In this document: in pieces, positions 49,286-60,129 of the stretch
How positions within the stretch are numbered: the stretch's first letter is position 1
How the letters are laid out: the number at the start of each line of letters is the position of its first letter
Source: Syntrophales bacterium
Lineage (GTDB): Bacteria > Desulfobacterota > Syntrophia > Syntrophales > UBA2210
Assembly (NCBI GenBank): GCA_963662405.2
Contig: CAXXKT010000002.1
Location: 64,001 to 128,000 of the forward strand
DNA length: 64,000 nucleotides
Reading direction: 5' to 3'
The notes under the pieces: model-generated
The model's input: the letters and a program-made list of their open reading frames with translations, nothing else
Databases searched by the model: none
What the model was told of the DNA's origin: nothing
Program-made: the position numbers and the translations under genes

Positions 49286-50284
49286 TCAATCGAGCGGCCA
49301 CCGCGATACCGCGTTGAGCCCGAGATCGGACCTCTTCCCTTTGCTTAAGAGGCTGTCGCCGACGACGGCAATCATGGCGGCATTGTCGGTACACAGGACA
49401 GGGGGTGGGACAAACACCTCGACCCCTTTTTTTGACCCGTCATCCCGAAAGCGCTGGCGTAGCCGTCCGTTCGAGGCCACGCCACCGCACACAACAACCC
49501 GCGGGACATCGGCATCTGCTGCGGCCTTCAAGGTCTTTTCCACGAGGACATCGACGATGGCCTCTTGATAACTTGCCGCAATATCGGGCACCTCTGTATC
49601 GGATATGGGTTTTCCCCTGCCCTTGATATAGCTTAAAAGAGATGTCTTCAGGCCACTGAAACTGAATTCAACACTCCCCTTCATCGCGCGGGGAAACGAA
49701 ATAGCCCCGGGGTTCCCGTCCCTCGCGATCCGGTCAATCACCACTCCTCCGGGGTAACCGAGATCCAACATCCGGGCGGCCTTGTCGAAGGCCTCCCCCG
49801 CCGCGTCATCCCTCGTCTGTCCGAGTATCTGGAAATCGCCGAAGTCCTTGGCAAGATAGATATGCGTGTGTCCCCCGGAAACCACCAGAGCGACGAAGGG
49901 AAACTCAGGTTTCCGGTCGGCAAGAAAGATGGCACCGATATGCCCCTCTATGTGATTGACCCCTACAAAGGGGATTCCCGCGGCACAGGCCATTGCCTTG
50001 GCTACCGAGAGGCCGACGAGGAGAGAGCCGACGAGCCCGGGCCCTCTCGTCGCGGCGATCCCTTCGATATCGGTTATTGATATGCCCGCATTGTCCAGTG
50101 CCTGTCTCACCACCGGGACAATCGATTCGATATGCTTCCGGGAAGCGATCTCCGGAACGACCCCTCCGTATCTGCTGTGGATATCGATCTGTGATGCAAT
50201 AACGTTAGAGAGTGCCTCGGAACCGTCTGAAACCACCGCAGCTGAGGTTTCATCACATGATGATTCTATACCGAGTATCAGCAT
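49286..50284 (-). CDS. tsaD: tRNA N6-adenosine threonylcarbamoyltransferase
   Basis: GIESSCDET, HIEGH, VSGGHT, DDAAGEAFDK, CTDNAAMI. Confidence 0.96.
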   Translation of the reverse strand: MLILGIESSCDETSAAVVSDGSEALSNVIASQIDIHSRYGGVVPEIASRKHIESIVPVVRQALDNAGISITDIEGIAATRGPGLVGSLLVGLSVAKAMACAAGIPFVGVNHIEGHIGAIFLADRKPEFPFVALVVSGGHTHIYLAKDFGDFQILGQTRDDAAGEAFDKAARMLDLGYPGGVVIDRIARDGNPGAISFPRAMKGSVEFSFSGLKTSLLSYIKGRGKPISDTEVPDIAASYQEAIVDVLVEKTLKAAADADVPRVVVCGGVASNGRLRQRFRDDGSKKGVEVFVPPPVLCTDNAAMIAVVGDSLLSKGKRSDLGLNAVSRWPLD

Positions 50285-50402
50285 TTCCCCTCCGGGGATC
50301 CGTGTCCCCTCTGATTGGCCGACACTTTGAGCTTGAAAGTTGACCTGGATGGGGTATATAGGAAAGCCGGTTGTTTGTAAATATAAAACAAGGATTTTAC
50401 AG

Positions 50403-52016
50403 ATGGAGAAAGTCTACGATTTCCTGGTTCTGGGCAGCGGTATTGCCGGCCTTTCATTTGCCATCAAGGCTGCGGATCTGGGAAGCGTCGCCGTGGTCAC
50501 GAAAAAAAGCAAGGTCGAATCGAACACCAACTATGCCCAGGGTGGAATCGCCGCCGTCACCGACAACAATGACAGCTTCGAATCACATATACAAGATACC
50601 CTGAAGAGCGGAGCGGGACTGTGTAAGGAGGATGTGGTACGAGTTGTGGTCAGTGAAGGCCCCGAGCGGATAAGAGAGCTTATTGAGTGGGGGGTGCACT
50701 TCACAAAAGCGGAGAGCAACGGTGCGGATACCTATGACCTGGGGCGCGAGGGTGGACACAGTCGCAGGAGGGTCCTCCATGCGGACGACCTGACCGGCCG
50801 AGAGATCGAGAGAGCCCTCATCGAAAAGGCGGCTTCAAAGAAAGATATCACGATCTATGAAAATTATTTCTCCATCGACCTGATCAGTAAATCAAAGATC
50901 ACCGGCAGGGAAGAGAAAAACGATCGCTGTCTTGGCGCCTATGTCTTTGATGTCGAAAACAATACCGTCCACACCTTCAGGGCAAAATTCGTCCTTCTCG
51001 CCACCGGTGGGTCGGGCAAGGTCTACCTGATCACCACAAACCCCGATATAGCCACCGGTGACGGAGTCGCCATGGCCTATCGGGCGGGTGCCCGGATCGC
51101 CAATATGGGATTCATCCAGTTTCATCCCACCTGTCTCTACCACCCCGAGGCAAAATCATTTCTCATAAGCGAGGCCGTCCGGGGGGAAGGCGGGGTGCTG
51201 CGGCTCAAGAGCGGCGCCACCTTCATGGAGAGATATCATTCGATGGCATCCCTGGCCCCGCGGGACGTCGTCGCCCAGGCGATAGACACGGAACTGAAGA
51301 AATCGGGGGACGAGTATGTCCTCCTCGATATTACACACAAAGACAAAGGATTTCTCCTGAAGAGATTTCCGTACATCTATAACCGTTGCCTCGATTTCGG
51401 GATCGACATGGCCGTTGACCCCATCCCGGTGGTCCCGGCGGCCCACTACCAGTGCGGCGGTGTCCTGGTCAATCCCTCCGCGGAAACCTCCATGGCAGGA
51501 CTTTTCGCGTGCGGAGAGGTGGCCTGCACCGGCCTTCACGGTGCCAACCGCCTCGCGAGCAACTCCCTCCTGGAGGCCCTTGTCTTCGCACATCGAGCCT
51601 TCAAGCGAGTCAAAGATCTCTTTCCGACCGTAGAGAACGATACTATTCCCATTCCCCCGTGGGACCCGAAGGATGCAACCGAAAGTGATGAGTCGATCGT
51701 CGTTTCGAACAACTGGGAAGAGATTCGCATGTGCATGTGGAATTACGTGGGAATCGTACGATCCGACAAAAGGCTGGAACGGGCGAAGCGGCGAATCGAT
51801 ATGATTATAGCGGAGATAGAAGAATACTATCATAATTTTACCATAACTGCTAATCTACTTGAACTGCGGAACATCGCCACCGTTGCCAGTGTCATTATCG
51901 AGTGCTCACGTTCAAGGAAAGAGAGCCGCGGACTCCATTACAATCTTGACTATCCCGACAGAGATGATATCAACTGGGCAAGGGATACGATCGTACAGAA
52001 GAATTCAACAAGGTAG
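50403..52016 (+). CDS. nadB: L-aspartate oxidase
   Basis: GSGIAG, YAQGGIA, EGGHSRRR, QFHPT, GLHGANRLASNSL, ESRGLH. Confidence 0.95.
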   Translation: MEKVYDFLVLGSGIAGLSFAIKAADLGSVAVVTKKSKVESNTNYAQGGIAAVTDNNDSFESHIQDTLKSGAGLCKEDVVRVVVSEGPERIRELIEWGVHFTKAESNGADTYDLGREGGHSRRRVLHADDLTGREIERALIEKAASKKDITIYENYFSIDLISKSKITGREEKNDRCLGAYVFDVENNTVHTFRAKFVLLATGGSGKVYLITTNPDIATGDGVAMAYRAGARIANMGFIQFHPTCLYHPEAKSFLISEAVRGEGGVLRLKSGATFMERYHSMASLAPRDVVAQAIDTELKKSGDEYVLLDITHKDKGFLLKRFPYIYNRCLDFGIDMAVDPIPVVPAAHYQCGGVLVNPSAETSMAGLFACGEVACTGLHGANRLASNSLLEALVFAHRAFKRVKDLFPTVENDTIPIPPWDPKDATESDESIVVSNNWEEIRMCMWNYVGIVRSDKRLERAKRRIDMIIAEIEEYYHNFTITANLLELRNIATVASVIIECSRSRKESRGLHYNLDYPDRDDINWARDTIVQKNSTR

Positions 52017-52069
52017 TTCACACATCGATCCAAATCAAAGGGGGGGCGTGAATCATCAACGAACGCAAC

Positions 52070-53329
52070 GTGAAGAGGACACCCTTGCATCGCTGGCATC
52101 GGGAGCAGGGTGCGAAGATGGCCCTGTTCGGTGGATACGAGATGCCCCTGTGGTATCCCTCCGGGATAAAGCGTGAGCATCTCGCGGTCCTGACGGGTGC
52201 CGGTCTGTTCGACACAAGCCACATGGCCGTCGTTACGGTCGAAGGGGACGGTGCGCATTCACTCCTCCAATACTGTTTTACCAAAGACCTGAATGCCTGT
52301 ATCGGGAAGAGCAGGACCCCCCTGGTCCCGGGAAGAGCCATATACGGCCTCTTCCTCAACGAGGCCGGTCATGTCATTGATGATGCCATCGTCTCGCAAA
52401 TCACACCACAACTGTACATGATCGTCGTGAACGCCGGCATGGGAGAAACTGTCGCCCGGCATCTGGAAAACCACACAGGCACAAGGGATGTACATATTCG
52501 AGACCTTACGGACGGGATCGGCAAGATGGATATCCAGGGTCCCCTGTCCGCCAGGATCCTTGCGAAGATGATCAGGGAACCGGAGCGGGTTTTCGAGAGA
52601 CTCCCCTACTTCTCTTTCAAAGGGTTCTTTGATGGATCAGTCTCCCCTCTCGGTGATGTTCGTCTCCTCAATGATAAGCCTATTATGTTGTCCCGCACCG
52701 GATATACCGGGGAATTCGGTTTCGAACTCTACATGAATGCGGCGAATATCGAAGCCGCTTGGCAGATGGCACTGGATGTCGGGGCGGAATTCGACCTCAC
52801 GATCTGCGGACTTGCCGCACGTGATTCCCTGAGGGCAGGAGCGGTTCTCCCCCTTTCCCATCAGGATATCGGCACCTGGCCCTTTCGCAATAACCCCTGG
52901 TCCTTTGCCTTGTCAACCAAAAATGATAACACCTTTTCCAAACGGTTTTTCGGCGATACGGCCCTTGAAAAGGAAGCTGATTTTGAGTATACCTACCCCT
53001 TCGTCGGGTTTGATCTGCGAAAGGTTTCACCCGGGAGTTCAACGATGGTCGCCGACGCGAGTGGTGCCCCTATCGGCACGGTTATGACCTGTGTGACGGA
53101 TATGGGAATCGATCGCGTCGGGGGGAAGATATACAGCATTGCCAGTCCGGACAGACCGGAGGGGTTTCGTCCACGGGGTCTTTCCTGTGGTTTCGTGAAG
53201 GTCACGAAGGCGTTGGCTAGGGGGGATGCCATATTTTTAAAGGACGATCGACGTTCGATACAGGTCCTCATCAGCGATGATATTCGGCCCCACCGGAGCG
53301 CACGCAGGGCTCTCAAGGACATGCTGTAA
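52070..53329 (+). CDS. gcvT: Glycine cleavage T protein (aminomethyltransferase)
   Basis: RTPLH, LFDTSHM, SRTGYTGEFGFE, GLAARDSLR; first gene of the gcv cluster. Confidence 0.88.
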   Translation: MKRTPLHRWHREQGAKMALFGGYEMPLWYPSGIKREHLAVLTGAGLFDTSHMAVVTVEGDGAHSLLQYCFTKDLNACIGKSRTPLVPGRAIYGLFLNEAGHVIDDAIVSQITPQLYMIVVNAGMGETVARHLENHTGTRDVHIRDLTDGIGKMDIQGPLSARILAKMIREPERVFERLPYFSFKGFFDGSVSPLGDVRLLNDKPIMLSRTGYTGEFGFELYMNAANIEAAWQMALDVGAEFDLTICGLAARDSLRAGAVLPLSHQDIGTWPFRNNPWSFALSTKNDNTFSKRFFGDTALEKEADFEYTYPFVGFDLRKVSPGSSTMVADASGAPIGTVMTCVTDMGIDRVGGKIYSIASPDRPEGFRPRGLSCGFVKVTKALARGDAIFLKDDRRSIQVLISDDIRPHRSARRALKDML

Positions 53330-53468
53330 CACCTGAGCAGTTAACACATTAAACTTTTGAGATTCTTTATCGCCTCTTTGCTGTGCGAGGGATGGGGCTG
53401 CCTGCTTCCACGTGTAAAAGCGAGAAGGGTTTCTTGCAAAATTATCAGATAAGAGGAGGGGATAACCT

Positions 53469-53873
53469 ATGAAGGAAATCGAAGAGCTGTTCTTGCCGGA
53501 TGATGTACGGTATGCAGAGACGCATGAGTGGGCCAGGGAGGAAGAAGATACCGTCATTGCAGGGATCAATGATTATGCTCAGGATCAATTAGGGGATATT
53601 GTTTTTGTCGAGCTTCCCGATCTTGGCGATACCTTTGAAAAAGGCGAGGAATTCGGGACATTGGAGTCGGTGAAGGCAGTCTCGGAGATTTTCATGCCGG
53701 TATCGGGAAAGATCGTGGCCGTGAACGATGCGCTATCGGAAGAGCCGGAATTAATCAACCAGGAACCGTACAACAGCGGTTGGCTGGTGGAGATAGAACC
53801 GGATGATCCCGACGAGATGCATTCCCTCATGACCAGCACCGAATACCTGGAGATGTTGAAAGGAGCCGAATAG
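53469..53873 (+). CDS. gcvH: Glycine cleavage H protein
   Basis: THEW, AQDQLGDIVFV, ESVKAVSE (lipoyl Lys). Confidence 0.96.
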   Translation: MKEIEELFLPDDVRYAETHEWAREEEDTVIAGINDYAQDQLGDIVFVELPDLGDTFEKGEEFGTLESVKAVSEIFMPVSGKIVAVNDALSEEPELINQEPYNSGWLVEIEPDDPDEMHSLMTSTEYLEMLKGAE

Positions 53874-55205
53874 ATGCGCTATCTGCCCCACACCGAAGAA
53901 GACATTGCATCCATGCTGCGGTCGGTCGGTGTGGAGCGTATCGATGATCTTTTCTCGGGCATACCGCCGGGTTGCAGGATAGAAAATCCCCTGAACCTGC
54001 CCGAAGCTCTGACGGAGTGGGAGCTGAACACCCTCATGGACGGCCTTGCCGGTACGATGGCAATCCCACCGGGATACAGAATCTTTATGGGTGCGGGGAG
54101 CTACGATCATCACATCCCCGAAACGGTTGCGTATCTCCTCGGCAGATCCGAGTTTTCGACGGCCTACACCCCTTACCAGCCTGAGATTAGCCAGGGAACA
54201 CTCCAGGGCATATACGAATACCAAACCCTGATCGGCCGTCTGCTGGGCATGGAGGTGGCGAATGCCTCACTGTATGACGGCGCATCGGCCCTTGCCGAGG
54301 CCCTTCTGATGGCCATTCGTATCACAAAGCGGAGGAAAGTGGCCGTCTCTGGCCTTATCCATCCCCATTACCGTGCCGTCGCGCGGACCTACTTACAGCC
54401 GGGAGGGTACGAGATAATCGAACTCCCCGGTCTGAAGAACGGCCGGACAGACACCTCGGGGCTCACCGATATGAATGATCTCGCTGCGGTTGCCATCCAG
54501 TCACCTAACTTCTTCGGGTGCATCGAGGATCTTCAACAAGCCGCCGAGAGGGTACATGAGACAGGTGCCCTCTTCATCGCATCCTTCACGGAACCGCTGA
54601 CCTACGGCCTCTACAAAAACCCGGGAAGCCAGGGAGCCGACATCGTCTGCGGCGAAGGACGGAGCCTCGGAATCCCCCAGTCATTCGGGGGCCCCGGACT
54701 GGGAATCTTTACCGGTCGGATGAAGCATGTCCGCAACATGCCGGGACGCCTCGTGGGCAAGACCGTCGATCGAGAGGGGAGGCCCGGGTTCGTCCTGACC
54801 CTTGCTACTCGGGAACAACACATACGCCGAGAGAAGGCAAATTCCAATATCTGCACCAACAACAGCCTCTGCGCCCTGGCATCGGCGATGTATCTGGCAT
54901 CCGTCGGCGGAACGGGGATTCGCGAGCTGGCTTCACTGAATTACGACAAGACGGAATACCTCAAACGGGGTCTCAGGGAGGCGGGCTGCAAGATCCCCTT
55001 TGATACCCCCACCTTCAATGAGTTCGTCGTCGCCTTTCCAAATGGATTTACGGACACCTCGGCGAGATTGCTCAAAAAGCACATCGTGGCGGGGGTGCCG
55101 ATTGGGCGATGGTATCCGGAACTGACCGGTCATGTCCTCCTGTGCGCCACGGAGACGGCAGGTAAGGACGACATGGATGCCCTGATTCGGGAGGTGCAAT
55201 CATGA
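53874..55205 (+). CDS. gcvPA: Glycine dehydrogenase subunit 1
   Basis: MRYLPHT, YTPYQPEISQG, NASLYDG, TREQHIRREKANSNICT. Confidence 0.95.
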   Translation: MRYLPHTEEDIASMLRSVGVERIDDLFSGIPPGCRIENPLNLPEALTEWELNTLMDGLAGTMAIPPGYRIFMGAGSYDHHIPETVAYLLGRSEFSTAYTPYQPEISQGTLQGIYEYQTLIGRLLGMEVANASLYDGASALAEALLMAIRITKRRKVAVSGLIHPHYRAVARTYLQPGGYEIIELPGLKNGRTDTSGLTDMNDLAAVAIQSPNFFGCIEDLQQAAERVHETGALFIASFTEPLTYGLYKNPGSQGADIVCGEGRSLGIPQSFGGPGLGIFTGRMKHVRNMPGRLVGKTVDREGRPGFVLTLATREQHIRREKANSNICTNNSLCALASAMYLASVGGTGIRELASLNYDKTEYLKRGLREAGCKIPFDTPTFNEFVVAFPNGFTDTSARLLKKHIVAGVPIGRWYPELTGHVLLCATETAGKDDMDALIREVQS

Positions 55206-56650
55206 AAGAGCGGCAAGGGACTTCCGGCCTGATATGCAACGAGCCCCTCCTGTGGGAAAAGGGCAAATCGGGGAGAAGCGGCTTCTCCATGCCCCGGAGA
55301 GACATTGTCCCCTCCCCTCTCGACAAAAACCTCGTGGGTGACGGACCCGATCTTCCCGATCTCTCCGAGGTGGATGTCGTTCGTCACTACACCCGTCTCT
55401 CCCAGTGGAATTTCGGGGTTGATACGGGGATGTACCCCCTCGGCTCCTGTACGATGAAGTACAATCCCAAGATCAATGAACGACAGGCCGCACTGGCCGG
55501 ATTTGCCAACGCGCATCCCCTCCTTCCGGCAGAGCTGTCACAGGGTGTTCTTGAGCTGATGTATCGCCTGGAACAATGCCTCGCCGAGATAACGGGGATG
55601 GATGCCGTCACGCTCCAGCCGGCTGCGGGCGCGCACGGGGAACTGACCGGGATGTTTCTCATACATGCCTACCACGGGAGCAGGGGTTCGCGCCGGACAA
55701 AGATGATCGTCCCGGATACCGCGCATGGGACCAACCCCGCGAGCGCGGCCTTCTGCGGCCTTTCCGCCGTACCGGTACCATCGAACGAAAAGGGGATCGT
55801 ATCTCCCGAGGCCGTCGCCGCAGTCATGGATGAGGAGACGGCGGGGATCATGATAACCAATCCGAATACGCTGGGACTCTTCGAGGAGGATATCCGCAAG
55901 ATAGCGGATATCGTGCATGCAAAGGGAGGACTCGTTTACGGCGACGGTGCCAACATGAATGCGGTCATGGGGATCGTCCAGCCGGGGAAGATCGGATTCG
56001 ACGTGATGCACCTGAATCTCCACAAGACCTTCTCGACGCCTCACGGTGGTGGTGGACCCGGCTCGGGCCCGGTCTGTGTCAAGGCATTCCTGGAGCCGTT
56101 TCTTCCCGTTCCGCGGGTGGTGTTCAACAACGGACAATACCTGTTATCGGAGGATTCTCCCGAATCAATTGGAAGGATGCACTCGTTTCATGGAAACGTC
56201 GGCGTCATGATCAAGGCCTTCTCGTACATCATGTCTCTGGGTGGGGGTGGGCTGAAAGAAGCCAGCCGTCTTGCCGTCCTCAACGCCAATTATATAAAGG
56301 AGAACCTTAAGGATGTATTGCATCTTGCTTATGATAGAGAATGTATGCACGAGTGCGTGTTCTCCGACAAATTTCAGGAAGACAACAAGGTCACCACGCT
56401 GGACATGGCGAAACGGCTCATGGACTACGGATTTCACCCCCCGACGATCTATTTCCCTCTCGTCGTCCACGGTGCTATGATGATCGAACCGACGGAAACC
56501 GAATCGAAGGAGGATATCGATCGTTTTATTGAGGCTCTCAGGGCCATCGCCGCCGAAGATCCCGACCTGATCAGGTCCGCCCCCCGCCGTCCCAAGCTGG
56601 GCAGACTGGATGAGACCTTGGCCGCCCGAAAGCCCTGCCTCGCGGGATAA
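55202..56650 (+). CDS. gcvPB: Glycine dehydrogenase subunit 2
   Basis: YPLGSCTMKYNP, QPAAGAHGE, HLNLHKTFSTPHGGGGPG, EPTETE. Confidence 0.95.
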   Translation: MKERQGTSGLICNEPLLWEKGKSGRSGFSMPRRDIVPSPLDKNLVGDGPDLPDLSEVDVVRHYTRLSQWNFGVDTGMYPLGSCTMKYNPKINERQAALAGFANAHPLLPAELSQGVLELMYRLEQCLAEITGMDAVTLQPAAGAHGELTGMFLIHAYHGSRGSRRTKMIVPDTAHGTNPASAAFCGLSAVPVPSNEKGIVSPEAVAAVMDEETAGIMITNPNTLGLFEEDIRKIADIVHAKGGLVYGDGANMNAVMGIVQPGKIGFDVMHLNLHKTFSTPHGGGGPGSGPVCVKAFLEPFLPVPRVVFNNGQYLLSEDSPESIGRMHSFHGNVGVMIKAFSYIMSLGGGGLKEASRLAVLNANYIKENLKDVLHLAYDRECMHECVFSDKFQEDNKVTTLDMAKRLMDYGFHPPTIYFPLVVHGAMMIEPTETESKEDIDRFIEALRAIAAEDPDLIRSAPRRPKLGRLDETLAARKPCLAG

Positions 56651-56654
56651 TTTC

Positions 56655-57536
56655 ATGGACTCTCTAAGGCAGGCACCGATGAGGAAACCTCCGTGGCTCA
56701 AGAAAAATCTCCCCCGCGGGGCGGCGTACCAGCCGGTCAGGCAACTCCTCAGAGAAAACCGGTTACATACCGTCTGTGAAGAGGCCCTGTGTCCCAATCT
56801 CTGGGAGTGTTTTTCCCGGGGGACGGCGACGTTCCTTATCATGGGACCTGCCTGTACCCGAGATTGCCGTTTCTGTGCCATATCTCCCGGGAGACCCGGT
56901 CCGCCCGACCCGGAGGAGCCCTCCCGAATCGCTGACGCGGTAGGGACCATGAGGCTTCGGTACGCCGTCGTTACCTCCGTGACGCGAGACGACCTCCCCG
57001 ACGGAGGGGCGTCCTTCTTCGTCGAGACGATCACCACAATACGAGAAGCCCACCCGGAAGCCAGTGTGGAGGTCCTCATACCCGATTTCAGGGGAGATCC
57101 CCTGGCGCTCTCCTCCGTCATCGAGGCTCACCCCGATGTCCTCAACCACAACATTGAAACGGTCCCCCGACTCTATCCCGTTGCACGCCCTCAGGCGTCA
57201 TACCGGCGCTCCCTCGGTCTCCTGCAACGGACGAAACAAACCCATTCAGGAATACCGGTCAAATCAGGGATGATGCTGGGCCTCGGGGAGACCGCATCGG
57301 AGATCGAACAGGCCCTCCGTGACCTGGCAGGTACCGGGTGCGATATCCTGACCCTGGGGCAATATCTCCAGCCCTCCAAAGGGCACCTTCCGGTGGAGCG
57401 ATTCGTCCACCCCGATGAATTTGATGCATGGCGCGAGGTTGCCCTCGGGATGGGATTCGCGGCTGTCGTCAGCGGTCCCCTCGTGAGGAGTTCATACCGT
57501 GCCGGAGAACTCTACGGCATGATAAAAAAGAGATAA
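56655..57536 (+). CDS. lipA: Lipoyl synthase
   Basis: CEEALCPNLWEC, CTRDCRFC, NHNIETV, RSSY. Confidence 0.96.
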   Translation: MDSLRQAPMRKPPWLKKNLPRGAAYQPVRQLLRENRLHTVCEEALCPNLWECFSRGTATFLIMGPACTRDCRFCAISPGRPGPPDPEEPSRIADAVGTMRLRYAVVTSVTRDDLPDGGASFFVETITTIREAHPEASVEVLIPDFRGDPLALSSVIEAHPDVLNHNIETVPRLYPVARPQASYRRSLGLLQRTKQTHSGIPVKSGMMLGLGETASEIEQALRDLAGTGCDILTLGQYLQPSKGHLPVERFVHPDEFDAWREVALGMGFAAVVSGPLVRSSYRAGELYGMIKKR

Positions 57537-57557
57537 GGAGCAGGAATACCGACCACC

Positions 57558-57764
57558 ATGATTGAATGTAAAAAGGAAGAAAATCGGGATCGATGTAATT
57601 GTACCTACGAACCGTGCAGCCGCAAGGGGACCTGTTGCGACTGCCTGCAGTATCACCTGCGGATGCGGGAGCTCCCGGCCTGCTGCTTCGACAGCGACGC
57701 GGAGCGTACCTACGACCGTTCCTTCGAGCACTTCGCCCGTCTGGTAACGGAAAGGAAATTATAA
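57558..57764 (+). CDS. Small Cys-rich protein (DUF6485-like)
   Basis: [17 protein letters not shown]...ELPACCF...TYDRS; AAGGAG upstream. Confidence 0.7.
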   Translation: MIECKKEENRDRCNCTYEPCSRKGTCCDCLQYHLRMRELPACCFDSDAERTYDRSFEHFARLVTERKL

Positions 57765-59156
57765 AGTACTCCAACCGGGATCAACCATGCGCATCAGTTC
57801 CATGATCCCTTCGGACAGGGTCGGGTGCGCATGGATCATCCGCGCAATATCACCGGGGCAAAGTCCGGCCGCCCTGGCCAGAAGGATCTCGTGGATCAGT
57901 TCGGTGGCGTTGTGCCCCACGATATGAGCCCCCAGGATCTCCTCTGTATCCGGATCGTACAGTACCTTGAACATTCCTTCGGTCATTCCTTCGGCGACCG
58001 CTTTCCCTGTTGATCGGTACGGGAGCATCGCCTTCTTATAGGAAATGCCTTCTCCCTTTGCCTGCTGTTCACGGAGGCCGAAGCCCGCCACCTGCGGTTC
58101 ACAGTACACGGCGGAGGGTATGAGGTTGAGATCGATCCGGGGCGTTGTTGCGCGGCCCGCGATATGCTCGGCGGCAATCTCTCCTTCCCGCGCCGCCACA
58201 TGCGCCAGGAGGGGGGTCTTGACCACATCGCCGACGGCGTAGACCCCGCTTACTTTTGTCTGATTGTAATCCCCCACGGGGATAAACCCTTCGTCGGTAG
58301 CCACACCGATATTATCCAGACCGATCGAATCCGTGTTCGGCGTCCGTCCGAAGGCGCACAGGACCTTCCGGGCCTCGATCCGTTTTTTTATGTCACCCTT
58401 TTCCGATACCGTCACCATGACCGCGCGAGGTGATTTTTCCAGGGATTCCGCACGCGTGCCGGTCATCACTTCAATGCCACTCTTCTTGAAAGAACGCTCC
58501 AGAATGAGAGCGGCCCGTGCGTCCTCGCCGGGGAGGATCTGGCTTTCCATCTCAACGAGTGACACCCGCACACCGAACCGATTCATGATGTAGGCAAATT
58601 CGCACCCGATGGCCCCCGCGCCCAGGATAACCAGGCTTTCCGGCAACTCTCTCAGGGAGAGGATCCCCCTCGACGAGAGGACCTGGTTTCCATCAAACTC
58701 AAATCCACTGACCTGACGGGGTCGTGAGCCCGTTGCAATAATGATCTGTTTCCCTGTAATTTCAGAAGAATCATCGAGCACTACGGTGTTTCTTGAAACG
58801 ATTTTCGCCGTTCCCCAGATGCAGACGGCCCTGGCTGCCTTCAGGAAACGCTCGACACTCGTGACGAGGGTTTGTACCGCCTCTCTGGATTGATCATGGA
58901 CATATCCGTAATCGAACCGCGTGGTATCGACGTCTCCCCCCATCGCCTCCAATGCAAGACGGGCATGGAAGATACCGGCCTGGTGAATGAGATTCTTTGT
59001 CGGGACACAGCCCCAGTTCAGACAGACGCCGCCCGGGGTGTCCTGTTCTATGACGCAGGTTTTGAGTCCCAGCCGGCCGGCCCGGCCGGCGGCGCTGTAT
59101 CCACCGGGACCTGCCCCTACCACGATCACGTCATATCGATCCTCCGGTTTCCTCAT
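57759..59156 (-). CDS. lpdA: Dihydrolipoyl dehydrogenase
   Basis: [31 protein letters not shown]. Confidence 0.95.
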   Translation of the reverse strand: MRKPEDRYDVIVVGAGPGGYSAAGRAGRLGLKTCVIEQDTPGGVCLNWGCVPTKNLIHQAGIFHARLALEAMGGDVDTTRFDYGYVHDQSREAVQTLVTSVERFLKAARAVCIWGTAKIVSRNTVVLDDSSEITGKQIIIATGSRPRQVSGFEFDGNQVLSSRGILSLRELPESLVILGAGAIGCEFAYIMNRFGVRVSLVEMESQILPGEDARAALILERSFKKSGIEVMTGTRAESLEKSPRAVMVTVSEKGDIKKRIEARKVLCAFGRTPNTDSIGLDNIGVATDEGFIPVGDYNQTKVSGVYAVGDVVKTPLLAHVAAREGEIAAEHIAGRATTPRIDLNLIPSAVYCEPQVAGFGLREQQAKGEGISYKKAMLPYRSTGKAVAEGMTEGMFKVLYDPDTEEILGAHIVGHNATELIHEILLARAAGLCPGDIARMIHAHPTLSEGIMELMRMVDPGWSTL

Positions 59157-59183
59157 TGCGCCACTCCGCTCCGATCCAGCGTG

Positions 59184-60098
59184 TTATATGAAGAGAGAGC
59201 CGATCAGCTCATTGATATCGTAGATGTCTTTTTTCGCGAGGTACTGTTCGATACCACCCACGATATCCGATGCCACCGAGGGATCGATAAAGTTGGCCGT
59301 TCCGATCTGGACGGCCCGCGCACCCGCAATCAAGAATTCGAGGGCGTCGGATGCATTCATGATTCCTCCGACACCGATAACGGGGATAGAGACCGCTTTG
59401 GCCGTCTCCCACACCATCCGCAGGGCAACCGGCTTTATCGCCGGACCGGACAGACCACCAGTGATATTCTTGAGATGCGGGATCCTCTTTTCTATGTCGA
59501 TCGACATGCCGGTCAGGGTGTTAATGAGGGAGACAGCGTCGGCCCCCGCAGCCTCGACGCTTCGGGCAATCTCGGTTATGTCGGTCACGTTCGGTGTCAG
59601 TTTCACGATGACGGGGAGACGAGATACTTTTTTGACTTCTCGCGTCACCTCACCGGCGAGAATGGGATCGGACCCGAAGGTGACCCCCCCCTTCTTGACA
59701 TTGGGACAGGATATGTTGATCTCCAGTGCATCCACTCCGTCTGCATCGTTCAGGTTCTGGGCAACGCTGACGTACTCGTCCACCCGCTCTCCGAATATAT
59801 TCGCAATGACCACCGAATCGATCTCCCGAAGAACGGGCAGTTTGTCTTTGATAAACGCCCGAACACCCACGTTCTGGAGACCGACCGCATTGAGCATACC
59901 GGAGGCGGTCTCCATAATCCGCGGGGGTGGATTCCCCAACCGCGGTTCCAGCGACAGACCTTTAACGATAATCCCCCCGAGGCGACCGAGTTCGAGGTAA
60001 TCGGCATATTCCTCACCGTAACCGAAGGTCCCTGACGCGGTCATGACCGGATTTTTCAGTTTTAGCCCCCCGATAGTGACACCCATCTGTACGTTCAC
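59184..60098 (-). CDS. pyrD: Dihydroorotate dehydrogenase B, catalytic subunit
   Basis: KNPVMTASGT, NISCPN, KLTPN, GGLSGPAIKP; start uncertain (60098 GTG or 60086 ATG). Confidence 0.93.
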   Translation of the reverse strand: MNVQMGVTIGGLKLKNPVMTASGTFGYGEEYADYLELGRLGGIIVKGLSLEPRLGNPPPRIMETASGMLNAVGLQNVGVRAFIKDKLPVLREIDSVVIANIFGERVDEYVSVAQNLNDADGVDALEINISCPNVKKGGVTFGSDPILAGEVTREVKKVSRLPVIVKLTPNVTDITEIARSVEAAGADAVSLINTLTGMSIDIEKRIPHLKNITGGLSGPAIKPVALRMVWETAKAVSIPVIGVGGIMNASDALEFLIAGARAVQIGTANFIDPSVASDIVGGIEQYLAKKDIYDINELIGSLFI

Positions 60099-60129
60099 GG
60101 TACCGTTACCCCCGGATAACTCCCTAAGC

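Noticed and set aside
53330..53468. Glycine riboswitch between gcvT and gcvH
   Set aside because: I could not find the GGAGA...CCGAAG...CTCTCAGG-type conserved elements; an Rfam scan would be decisive.
58872..60035. Long antisense ORFs (also 56165-57121, 46639-47550, 42966-43979, 30523-31467, 24491-25267, 10374-11153)
   Set aside because: Shadow frames opposite well-supported genes in GC-rich coding DNA, with no recognisable domains.
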